Assembly: GCA_048128005.1 (NCBI GenBank)
Contig: JBEUKZ010000002.1
Coordinates: 248,001 to 282,605 of the forward strand
Direction of reading: 5' to 3'
Length of the DNA stretch: 34,605 nt
Source: Veleropilina oligotropha
Taxonomy: Eukaryota
The position numbers and the translations under genes were made by a program. The notes beneath the pieces were generated by a model. That model did no database searches. It saw only the letters and a list, made by a program, of their open reading frames with translations, and was not told the origin of the DNA. Position 1 is the first letter of the stretch. Each line of letters begins with the position of its first letter. Positions 11,666 through 21,932 of the stretch are shown one piece after another.

Positions 11666-12133
11666 TCACTCCAGCGCTACCCAGCGGGTCTGCTCTCGGA
11701 GTTCCTTTAATACCGAGTTGTATTTTTGCGTGAATACCCATACACTTTGTTCGGCATGTCTCCCGCTAAATGCTAACTCAGTCAACATATATTTTTTCTT
11801 GGTTAGAGCCTTACTGGCGGAGCAGTCATCGATGATGTACAGTGTTGATTCTCCCTCGAACTGCTTGTAGAACCCCCGCAGCCAATCGTGAAGACGCTCA
11901 CCTGGGGGGATTGTGTACACCTCTGGGTCAGTCAAGATCCACGGACAGGTCTGGTATGATTGGTTGTACTTGATCGAGAGGCAGATAATTGCAATGTGTC
12001 GCAACGTACTCCGATAGAATCCTTTCAACAGTTCAAGAATAAAAACAGTCTTCCCACAACCGGTCTGGCCACATATAATTGCTGAGTGGAGATCTTTGGG
12101 GTACGGGAACCCTTCAGTGCAATACTGAGACAT
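11666..12133 (-). pseudogene. A32/FtsK-family genome packaging ATPase, C-terminally truncated
   Basis: Walker A GQTGCGKT, Walker B LYIIDD, SGRH, VWVFTQKY, ELREQ; ends abruptly after WVAL. Confidence 0.9.
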
Positions 12134-13324
12134 TCTCGATGTTCAGCTGTATATCCATAAGCATGTACAGATAAACGTTCAATGCGCCTGCTGCATCACC
12201 TATCTTAGTGATCTGAATGGTGATGCCCTCGCTGGCGTTCTCTGCCCTATATCAAGCCACAGTGCATAATTTCTGGTCATGAATTCACCCAGAGTGACAT
12301 CTGCCAGAGCCAACTCCTTTGCAACTAACGCTACCTCAGGATGCCGCTTGCTAATCGGTTTGGATGCGAACTGCTTTTTGGCATCTTCCCACACCTGGTA
12401 TGAACGCATGCCCTGACTGTAGAGTTGGTTCGGTAACCCTCAATTGTGACCTCGACCTTTGTGATCTTTGTATTGTAAAAGGCTTCGGTGTCGCGAGCAA
12501 ATGGCGCTGCCATGACCTCGCCGTAACATTCAGATTGAGATTCCACAAGGTGTCGCTCTTGTCTCTGGTAAGCTTACGATGCCGGAGGACACGGTCGTAC
12601 AGAATGGCGAGGCGGCCCGAGAAATGGTTGCGTATCATTCTAGCCAGTTCTACCTGGGTGACCATGTCATATTCCAGGCTAATATTTTCGATGCTATAGC
12701 TGGCTCTGGAGTCATCCAGGGCCTTGATAGTCCTAGAATAGTCATTAAACGTGAGTTCATACTCAAGCCTGTCCCACAGAGCGCTGTGGTAAAATGGCAT
12801 TTGGCTCTCCAGCAACTCAAAGTTGAGCGGGGTGTGGTATCTATTACCGTAGGCGAAAGATATTGCCACATCTTCAGACGTTCTGACAGCGTCTGCCGCA
12901 GCAACAGGCAGCCAGGTAGATTTGTTCATAGCTGGCATCAATTCATTAGTATTGGGCATTCTTGCGCACCTGGTATATCTTTCAGAGATCGTTGTAGCAT
13001 TGATACACGTCGGAGTCGTCGACAGACATGACCTCGTTTCCACTTATCTTGATCATGGTCTTTAGATCCAGCACGACCAAGGTTCTGAACTACTGTTCTG
13101 TTCGGGTTAGATGAGTTTAGAGAGATTGTAAATGCCAAGTGTGCAGTCTCTGGCACGATAACGTCATGGGCCCCAGGATTAGGGAACCTAGCCAGCAGCT
13201 GCTGGTTGGCGCCAATAGTTGATGGGTTGTTGGTTATGATAACAGACTGGCGAATACCCTTGACCCAAAGGGGCTCTCGCAGTCTTCGGTATGGATAAAG
13301 TTTGCGTTCGTATGGACTGGCCAT
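12114..13324 (-). pseudogene. Major capsid protein (putative double jelly-roll), frameshifted
   Basis: MASPYERKLYPYRRLREPL.VKGIRQSVIITNNPSTI..NQQLL.RFPN; LNFELLESQMPFY..L.DRLEYELTFNDY; FYNTKITKVEVTIEG; ENASEGITIQITK...ALNVYLYMLMDIQLNIEN; about 400 codons, beta-rich, adjacent to packaging ATPase; recognised as similar to invertebrate Polinton capsids. Confidence 0.75.
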
Positions 13325-13359
13325 ATATATTAGATGAATATCACTATGCCTGTATTCAA

Positions 13360-14530
13360 ATGGCGTAGTTCGTTAACCATATATTCGAGCCTGATGATGA
13401 CATCATCGACGATGATGATATGGTCGGCTCCACTGACTGGAGTCGGCCACAGGAATGAACCAGTGGTCTGCGGCAAGAGTTTGTGAAACAGCTGTTGATG
13501 AGGGACAAACCCCGGCCACGGGGCGTGATTACTCTAAGTTTTATTATGTGGATGGGCAATTGCGACTGAAGGCCTATCCGAACATTGATCTAATCCATTA
13601 TCGCACCGGTAAGCCGAAGTCGTTGTCAACAATAGCTAGCCAGCGTGGTGAGGGTAACGCGATCAGAGATGGGTTGGTTTTTTTAGACTGGAAGAGAGGA
13701 CAAAAGCTGCCTTCAAAAGCTGTTGCAGATCTCCAGGCAGCCAACAATGAGTTGGGCGGAGCGGCCGGCAAGGTAGATAACGTAGAACTGCAAGACTTGC
13801 GATCCACAAAATGGAGACGACGTTCACAGATGCCGAAATTGATAATATACTGACGACAATGCGCAACCCTCCGTTAAATCTGCGCGAGCTACGCGAGTTT
13901 CATAAGGCAATGCAGACAATTCGAGGCGAGCTAAAAAACAATTTAGCCAAACTATCTGCGCTTGATGACCACATTGCTCTAGAGAAACAAAAGCTCGACC
14001 AGACAGATAAAAACGGTGTGGAACAGTTTGCTCGTCGACAAATGGCAGAACGCCTGGTCGACTTAAATGATGAACGAGCAGCTCGCCTAGAGGCGGCCTC
14101 ATCCAGTCGGAATGCCGTTCGCTCTCAGATAAACCGTATCAGAGAAACCATAAACAGCATTCTGAATGAAGACACAACGCTTGCCGAGCGCGTTCGTACA
14201 CTCTTCCGAGAGCAGGGGGTGACGATCGCAACCATACTCACCGCTATTGGCTGGCCATCTCGACGCTGGTACTGGCACTAACCGGTGGAGCAACAAGCGC
14301 CCCACCAATAGCGTCTCCGGCACCCCCACCACGGCATTCAGGCGATGCGAAGCATGAAGGTCTGACCGAGTGGGTAAAAAGCATATACAGAACATGGATC
14401 GGATACTGGATAAACTAGCAGGGAAAGCAGCAGCTGCACTCACAGGCATCATCGGAAGCCTGCTTTCGAGGCTTATCAATCTGTTTGGTATTTTTAGATA
14501 TTTTTTGCCCCAAAAAGTTGTGTCAAACGT
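13360..14530 (+). pseudogene. Coiled-coil protein with acidic N-terminus and hydrophobic/amphipathic C-terminus (function unknown)
   Basis: MA*FVNHIFEPDDDIIDDDD; ORF pieces 13455-13853 and 13811-14281 (LRELREFHKAMQTIRGELKNNLAKL...TTLAERVRTLFREQGVTIATILTAIG), then AISTLVLALTGG and LDKLAGKAAAALTGIIGSLLSRL. Confidence 0.7.
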
Positions 14531-14535
14531 CTGTT

Positions 14536-14676
14536 GGCCTACATGAAGAATTGGCAATTGTTTATGTAGACAAACGCCTGTCGGCCTACATGAAGAAATG
14601 ACAAATATTTATGTAGACAAATGCCCGTCGGCCTACATGAAGAATTGCCAATTGTTTATGTATACAAATGCCCGTC
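14536..14676 (-). repeat. Right subterminal tandem array, 3 x 47 bp, inverted relative to the left array
   Basis: GGCCTACATGAAGAATTG[G/C]CAATTGTTTATGTA core at 14536, 14583, 14630. Confidence 0.95.
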
Positions 14677-14733
14677 GGCCTGCGAACTATGGCTGGGAGC
14701 TGCGGCGAGTCAATTTGACCACCTGGGACAGCT

Positions 14734-14759
14734 GCGGGGAATATTCTGAAAACTCCCCC
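14734..14759 (-). repeat. Right terminal inverted repeat GCGGGGAATATTCTGAAAACTCCCCC
   Basis: Inverted match to 3245-3270. Confidence 0.9.
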
Positions 14760-14829
14760 CTGCGGCATAAAAATGTTTTCGAGAGTGACATTGATGTGAA
14801 ACTTTGTTAGTTTCTATATTCACCAAGGT

Positions 14830-15763
14830 ACTTATCGTTCACGGTTATTGTAATTGTCACAAAAATTGACAAAAAATAATATTTCTATGAATATTCATGA
14901 ATATTCAAATGAGATCATTAACATAAATGTACCGGGTGGGATTGAACAAAGCATCAGTTCCATTTTGGTACTAAATTTACTATTATAACTTTGTTATATG
15001 TGAGATAAGGTCGATTTCCTAAGTGACCTTGGTGTTAGGCAATGTTAGATTTTATGTTAATTAAGCTACTTATATATACAATAAAAAGGGAATCATAGTA
15101 ATTGTGATGACCATGGGAGTACTTTGATGTATATTTGGCATATAAATATATTTTAAAATTATTTGTAAGTGTAAAGTTATTGAAATTGTCGCTAAAATGA
15201 CAAAAAATCAATATTTCTATGAATATTCATGAATATGCAAATGAGACAATTAACATAATTATACTGGATGGGATTGGAATGCATCAGTTCCATTTTGGTA
15301 TTTAATTTATTATTATATCTTTAAAACTAAGTGAGATATGATCGATTTACTATTGTGCATGCCAGTTTTAGAGAGTAACTTTGATGGCAGGCTATGCTAA
15401 TTTATATGTTAATTAAGCTGCTTTTATATAATAAGAAGGGCATCATATTAATTGTCATGGCAATTGGACTACATAGATGTATGTTGGGCATAACAAATTT
15501 TTTACGTTCCTTCGAGGTTTTAGAGATCACTGTTATTGAAATTTTAGTAACAAATTGACAAAAAATCATTATTTATATGAATATTCATGAATATGCAATT
15601 AGATAATTAACATAAACGCATTGGATGTGATTGGTCAATGCTTTAGCTCCAATTTGGTACTAAATTTATTATTATAACATTAAAACTAAGTGAGATATGG
15701 TCGATTTACTGCTATGCATACCGGTTTTCGAGAATAACCTTGGTGGCATGCTATGATAATTTT
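14830..15763 (+). repeat. ~350-bp AT-rich tandem array, left part
   Basis: Recurring TATGAATATTCATGAATAT (14887, ~15218, ~15577) and TATGTTAATTAAGCT (15054, ~15405). Confidence 0.85.
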
Positions 15764-15782
15764 TATGACTTGACCTTTTTCA

Positions 15783-15841
15783 CACCACCACCACCACCAC
15801 CACCACCATCACCACCGCCACCGCCCCCGCCACCGCCACCA
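15783..15841 (+). repeat. (CCA/CCG)n microsatellite
   Basis: Directly visible; abuts the truncated ATPase. Confidence 0.9.
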
Positions 15842-16908
15842 AGGAATTCCACAAGACCTTGCCAAGGATGAATTCTTAGATCAAAGAATAAGAAATGTTA
15901 TTGTACTGGATGACCTCATGACAAGTAAAGATGAAAGCATCACCGATCTATTCACAGAAGGCAGTCATCATAGAAATCTCTCAGTTATAGCTATTAATCA
16001 AAACTTGTATCACTCTAAAGACCCCACGCAGCGAAGAAATTGTCAATACTTGATATTATTCAATAGTCCTGTTGACAAGCAACTTGTTATGACCCTGGCA
16101 AGACAAATGTATCCTGGAAGTCCAGACAAACTCATGAAGCAAAATAGAAGATGCAACGAAAGAACCCTATGGCTATATACTGCTGGATTTTAAAGTGCAT
16201 ACGTCTGAAATGAATCGAATTCGATCAAATGTATTTGAGAGAGATTATTTCAATGATGAATCGAAAACGAGGCTCGCACAGACAAATGTTCCTGTTATGG
16301 CAGTCGGATATAGCCCATATATAAAGCAACATGTAGCAGAGTTTGATCATTATTATAGCAGCAGCGAAGAGGAAGACATGATCTCCTGCAATTATTGTGA
16401 CTTATTATTTGATCATAGTTCAAGTTTACAAGAGCATATAAAAGATTGGTGTCATGGAAATTCTAAAAAAAGAAAATTAGACTTGGACATAATCAATAAA
16501 GAATCAAAAATGATTGATGAAGAATCAAAAGTGATTGATCAACTCATGAAGTTAAGCCATGATCAAAATAAAGCACTCTTTGAAGGAAAATATGAAAGAT
16601 ACATCAAGGAAGGGTTGAACGACGAAGAGGCCGCGGAAAAAAACAACGACAAGTTATATCTTGAGGATTTAGTACAAGTCATGAATAAATATAAGGAAAT
16701 ACTGTTCTACATTAAAAGATTAAGACACGGAAAAGTACATAATAAGATGGTGGCCAAAATGGATAAATACTTAGAACGTGGTCATGGTTCAAAAGCCTCT
16801 ATCAATATGGCCGTGACAAAATTACAACCTGAAATCGAAACATACTGGCAAACTGAATCTTCTGAAGGTGAAGGTGACAGCATGGAGCTGGATGAAGAAA
16901 ATGAATAA
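15840..16908 (+). pseudogene. Polinton A32-type ATPase C-terminal half fused to zinc finger and acidic tail
   Basis: QGIPQDL...VIVLDDLM...LFTEGSHHRNLSVIAINQNLY..RRNCQYLILF...LARQMYP; one frameshift near 16140, then EDATKEPYGYILLDF..RIRSNVF continuing into CNYCDLLF....LQEHIKDWC; Walker A absent. Confidence 0.85.
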
Positions 16909-17103
16909 ATGTATTTAATATAATGAAAGTGATTAATAAATAATAAATATAATAATTGATTTGTTTTTATTGACAATGTCTGTGTGAAATATACTACTGA
17001 GAGAGGATAGCAGATGACATAGAAATGTCATGCGGTAAAACTAATCGCTATGAATAGTATATGTGAACATATGATTCAATGTATTTAATGCAGCTAACAG
17101 ATT

Positions 17104-17232
17104 AACCAATCAGCGAGCGCCTCTTATCAAGCGATGGCAACAGCCAATCAGAGCCAAGCTCTCTGTTTTAACAGCCAATCAGCGATCACTTCCGGTCATG
17201 TAATGATGGAAAAACCAATCAGGCTATTTATA
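17104..17232 (+). promoter_or_regulatory. Cluster of four CCAATCAG boxes, an ETS-like site and a TATA-like box
   Basis: CCAAT at 17106, 17144, 17175, 17215; CACTTCCGG at 17187-17195; TATTTATA at 17225-17232. Confidence 0.5.
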
Positions 17233-17410
17233 GTAACAATGTGTCTATATATAGTAACATCACGGACGTATAAATAATCAGTTGACGACAATATGATCAG
17301 ATGCGTTATGAACCTTCAGCATGAACAATGACATGACAATGTAAGTATATAATTGTTTGGTGAAAAATCACTATATAACACATACTTCATCTAATCATAA
17401 TCACATAACT

Positions 17411-17492
17411 GCATCGGTGGGCGAGTGGTTAGCGAATCAGACACTCAACCGAGGCAGCCAGGATGGCTCAGGTTCGAGGCCAGCCGGCGGCA
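17411..17492 (+). ncRNA. tRNA-like (Leu/Ser-type long variable arm) Pol III unit or SINE head
   Basis: A box TGGGCGAGTGG, B box GGTTCGAGGCC, hairpin AGCCA-GGA-TGGCT in the variable-arm position; acceptor and anticodon stems imperfect. Confidence 0.5.
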
Positions 17493-17499
17493 TATGCTT

Positions 17500-18154
17500 C
17501 CGCTTAAAATAATAGATGAAATATATCGGTCAGATATACCGTAAACCTTGTGTTCATCTGATCAAATGGAGATGATAAACAGTCCGATATGAAATATATG
17601 CATCACAAACTGAAATGAAAAATATAACTATCAGTATATGTTATTCATATGTGGATAATAGAAACCGAACACAGTTATCTCCCCCCAGAATTCGTTCAAT
17701 AAAATAGAGTCGTTAATCGGTCGGATGTATATAATAATATACTTCACACACGGCTATGTAATAAATATTACCTCCCTAGCTAACATTGCATTGCATGTAT
17801 CAAACTTTTATAATGCTATGGCTAATAAACTAGTTTATTTAGATTTAGATTTAAAAGCTTCATATAAGGGGTAATAGAAACCGTACACAGTTATCTCCCC
17901 TATAATACTTTCGATAAAATAGAGATGTTAAACGGGCGGGTATATATATATATATATATATATATAATAATATGCTTCATAAAATAGAGTCGTTAATCGG
18001 TCGGATGTATATAATAATATACTTCACACACGGCTATGTATTAAATATTACCTCCCTAGCTAACAGCATATAAGCTTCAAATAAGGGGTAATATAAACCG
18101 TACACAGTTATCTCCCCCTAATTAGGCTGATCAAATAGAGACGTTAAACAGTCG

Positions 18155-18207
<53 letters not shown>

Positions 18208-18350
18208 ATATGCTTCATATGTGGCAATGTAATAAATATAACCTCGCTAACTAACAGTATATGTTATTCATATAGGGATAATAACACTTGGTTAGATCAC
18301 AGTTATCCACCCCCATAATTCGTCTGATCAAATGGAAATGTTAAACGGTT
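17500..18350 (+). repeat. Degenerate ~215-bp tandem repeats with (TA)n tracts
   Basis: AAACCG[A/T]ACACAGTTATCTCCCC at ~17662, 17878, ~18094 and a partial copy at ~18298. Confidence 0.8.
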
Positions 18351-19164
18351 CAATCATAGATCTATCCCCCTCCCATTTTGGTTAATATGTCTGGGTATTT
18401 ACTATTTATTTATCATTATATGAAAGCATTTAGGCTGATATCTGAATTTTCTTAAAAACTAACGAATGAGTGCAAGAATGCAGGGATTACGGAAATTCCC
18501 GGCTTTACCCGAAAGGGATTACACAATCAACTGACATCTCAGTAATGACTGATTAGTCATAATCCATAAATAGTTACAATAATCTATATATATAAGCACA
18601 GCCATTCAATTAATATAACAGACTGTGCGCTGGTTTTAATGGTATATGCTGTGATACCCGTACTGGTATTATTCATAATCGCTATTAATTAACTAATAAT
18701 TCTTCGTTATACCGTCATTATAAGCATATTTAGTTTTCAAATGACATTATATCTGTTGAATCTCATCGCTATTTATTTATTTACATACCACTCTGTTATT
18801 ATCGAGTATTCGCTAAATATAGCAACAAACCATAAACTTTCAATCATAAAGGACTAATACGAGATGTATAGCAATTTTCCACTGATAATTCGATGTTATG
18901 TCATCATTATAGGTATATTTCGTATTCAAGTGACATTATCTGTTGAATTTCATCGTATATATACTTATTTAAACAGTAAAAATCGCTTTATTCGCTTATT
19001 CCGAACAAAGGGCTTCACGTCGGTGAAATAACAAACATGTCACATGACAGCTGTATACACACCAAGTCGGCCAAATGGCGGATCATCCAATATGACTCGC
19101 CAATGTCTATAGCATTGGAAAATACATTTGAATAAACACTGAACAATATAGTTCATCTAGACAG

Positions 19165-19554
19165 AGGAAACCTAGGGTTATACCTACCCCCAGAACAGGG
19201 TTGGGTCGCCCGGGGGGTATGCCCCCCACCCCTGACAAAACCCCACCCCTGGGGAAATACACCAAAAACCTAGGGTTAAACGGTGAAACAATGGGTTATA
19301 CTGGCCCCAGACCCCCGGAACAGGGTGGAGTACCAGGGGGGTATGCCCCCCACCCCCGGGGAAATGCCCAAAATCTTGGGTTAGACAGAGAAAACCTGGG
19401 GTTAGACGTCGAAAAACTGGGGATAAACGTCGAAAACCTAGGGTTAGAACAGGGCGGGGTCGCCCCGGGGGTACGGCAGACACACCCCAAAATCCCACCC
19501 CCGGGGACAGGGTTATCGCCCCTGTTTTGATATCGGAGAGGCCCGACTACTACT
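19165..19554. repeat. GC-rich Polinton terminal repeat region with AAACCTAGGGTTA subrepeats
   Basis: Subrepeats at ~19168, 19266, 19371, 19391, 19412, 19433; ends in ACTACTACT. Confidence 0.7.
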
Positions 19555-19936
19555 CTCGTCGCAAGCGACAAAAGTTTCTCGTGTGCGCCGGGCTTTACGT
19601 TACAACTGTTATAACATGACCCTGTATATATAATACACATAATAATATTCAATTTATTTACATGTTTTACATGAAGATCTCACTTAAAATTACAGTTATT
19701 CGCAACTTCCATTACTTTAAAACGATATACACAGGTTTGTGGTCAGAAATGTGTCAGATATTTTTTGTACAAAAATTGTTACTGAAAAAATAAATAAAAT
19801 AAAAACTCTCCTGGGAAGCATACACACGTTGTCGTCGTTCAGGGGCTTTACACTAAGCGGTGTGCATTTAAATACTGTTTGCATGACACTCAACTGTGAA
19901 AAAGGGCAAGACATATTTCGAACGCGTCGTTCTTGT

Positions 19937-20575
19937 TATGTTAATTAAGCTACTTATATATAATAAAAATGGCTTCATATTAATTGTCGTGAAAATAGGA
20001 CTACCTAGATGTATGTTTGGCATAAAATTTAATATTTTCTTACGTTCCTTCGAGTTTTTAAAGATGACTGTTATTGCAATTTTATCAAAAAAATGACAAA
20101 AAATCATTATTTCTATGAATATTCATGAATATGAATTGTTCAATGCATTTGCTCCAATTTTGTACTAATTGTATCATTATAACATTAAAACTAAGTGAGA
20201 TATGGTCGATTCACTGCTGTGCATACCGGTTTTCGAGATTAAAGTTGGTGGCATGCTATGATAATTTTATGTTAATTAAGCTACTTATATATAATAAAAA
20301 GGGCATCATATTAATTGTTATGACAATTGGACTACATAGATGTATATTTGGCATAAACATTTAATATTTTTACGTTTTTTTGAGTTTTTAAAGTTCACTG
20401 TTTTTGAAATTTTAGCAAAAAATTGACAAAAACATCATTATTTCTATGAATAATCATGAATATGCAAATTACATAATTAACATAAATTGGAAATGCATTA
20501 GCTCCATTTTGGTACTAAATTTATTCTTAACATTAAAATTAAGTGAGATATGGTAGACTTACTGTTTTACATGCA
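19937..20575 (+). repeat. ~350-bp tandem array, right part (continuation of 14830-15763)
   Basis: Resumes with TATGTTAATTAAGCTAC in register with the interruption at 15763; same orientation. Confidence 0.85.
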
Positions 20576-20791
20576 GATTTGAAATATTTGCTTAGTTGTC
20601 ATGGAAACGGCAAGATTTAAAATTGTGCAAATGAGTTATTTGTTAGGGAACATCTTGTTTATAATTCAGATGATCGCAATGAACAATTTGGTACTCATGA
20701 AAAATTGTCCTGGGGGTGGGGTGCACGGTTAATCTCACTGGCCCCCGGCCTATTAGCCTATATTAGAACAAAAGCAAACTAAAATATTAGT

Positions 20792-21932
20792 AACACAAGG
20801 GCAATCGGAGGAGACTGCAAACCCTCGCCCGGGGCCTAGGAAGACGACGGCGAAAGTCAGAATTAAATATTTTTGAACATGAATTACAATCATAAAAATG
20901 TGGACAAATCATAACAAAATTCAAGTAATAATAACAAAACTTAAATAATTAAGTAAATATCAATTTAAAAAAATGGAGGTAACGGGATTTGTATCACAGA
21001 CCTCAAGATTCATCGACCACGCCTTAATCGTTTGCGCTATTCGTACATGTCTAAATATAACTGCGATTGTAGGCTAAATATATTTGGTGTTCGATTTTTG
21101 TATTGCAAATTTTGCCGAAGCTGATAATATTTAACTCGCAATAACTCAATAGTAACTGAAGCGATAACCTGAAATTTTAAAGAAAAAAAACTGTAACCAT
21201 GCTTAATGGTGTACATTATATCAAGGCGTTAGCAGTATTTAAAGTGCAATCACAAATATCGCAACATCTCGACGATTTTATCTTCGGAACAAATATTATT
21301 GCTATAAATTCGCTCGATAACACAAAGTATATCAAGAAGAGTTGTAGATAATGTCTCACTATGTCACTTGTTAAAATTTGAGGTGTCTGGAGTCAGTGGT
21401 TACCGATTTACATTTCACATTTCACATTATTTTCTAAAAAATTTGGATAATGTCAATATAATTTCATCAGGACTGCGATTTGCATGCCGAATTTACACAA
21501 TTTAATTGGATTTGGCGAAATTAGACATTTACCCCCAATTTTTTAAGTTTACAATCCCCCTGGAGGCCATCTTGTGTGATGTAGATCCTATATAATTCAC
21601 CATGTCATTGTCCCGTAATCTAAAGAACATTTTGAGAGTAATTTGAAGTTTGTACGACGAAGTGTTTTATCGCTACAGACGAAAATCTGTAGACCGGATA
21701 TTGCGTCATAAAATCCGGACCCGGATGGACCCGGATGCCAATCCATACCATCTTCGAGGAGAACCGAGCCACGGAGACACCCTATCGTGTGTGAAAATTT
21801 CAAGGAAATCGGATCAATGGTTTTCGAGTTAGGCGAATGGACATACACATACATACATGCATACAGACATACATACATACATACGGAACCGATTGCAATA
21901 CCCTCGCCTCTCCCCCGGAGGCGAGGGTAATA
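20792..21932 (-). mobile_element. HINE/DINE-like non-autonomous Helentron
   Basis: Terminal hairpin ACCCTCGCCTC...GAGGCGAGGGT (21900-21928), (TACA)n at 21841-21883, matching ACCCTCGCC at 20821 near the other end. Confidence 0.7.

Larger units (their letters stand above)
3245..14759. mobile_element. Endogenous Polinton-like virus (Maverick/adintovirus-like), degenerate, bounded by TIRs
   Basis: 25/26-nt inverted termini, inverted 47-bp subterminal arrays, and genes for PolB-helicase, rve integrase, A32 ATPase and capsid; GC-richer than flanks; no clean target-site duplication seen. Confidence 0.9.
15840..19554 (+). mobile_element. Right-hand ~3.7 kb of a second, canonical Polinton/Maverick
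   Basis: Polinton ATPase C-half, long non-coding repeat region, GC-rich terminal region ending ACTACTACT (19546-19554), the reverse complement of the AGTAGT Polinton terminus. Confidence 0.75.
15764..19936 (+). mobile_element. Helentron-type non-autonomous element (HINE) termini enclosing a Polinton fragment
   Basis: 5' TATGACTTGACCTTT (15764-15778) inverted to AAAGGGCAAGACATA (19901-19915), then hairpin GAACG-CGT-CGTTC and TTGT; inserted in a T-run of the 350-bp array; same termini as 31258-32164. Confidence 0.7.

Noticed and set aside
12364..13031. Plus-strand ORFs overlapping the capsid gene
   Set aside because: Antisense shadows of the capsid reading frame
19184..19652. Gly/Pro-rich ORFs on both strands
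   Set aside because: By-products of the GC-rich terminal repeat; no protein motifs
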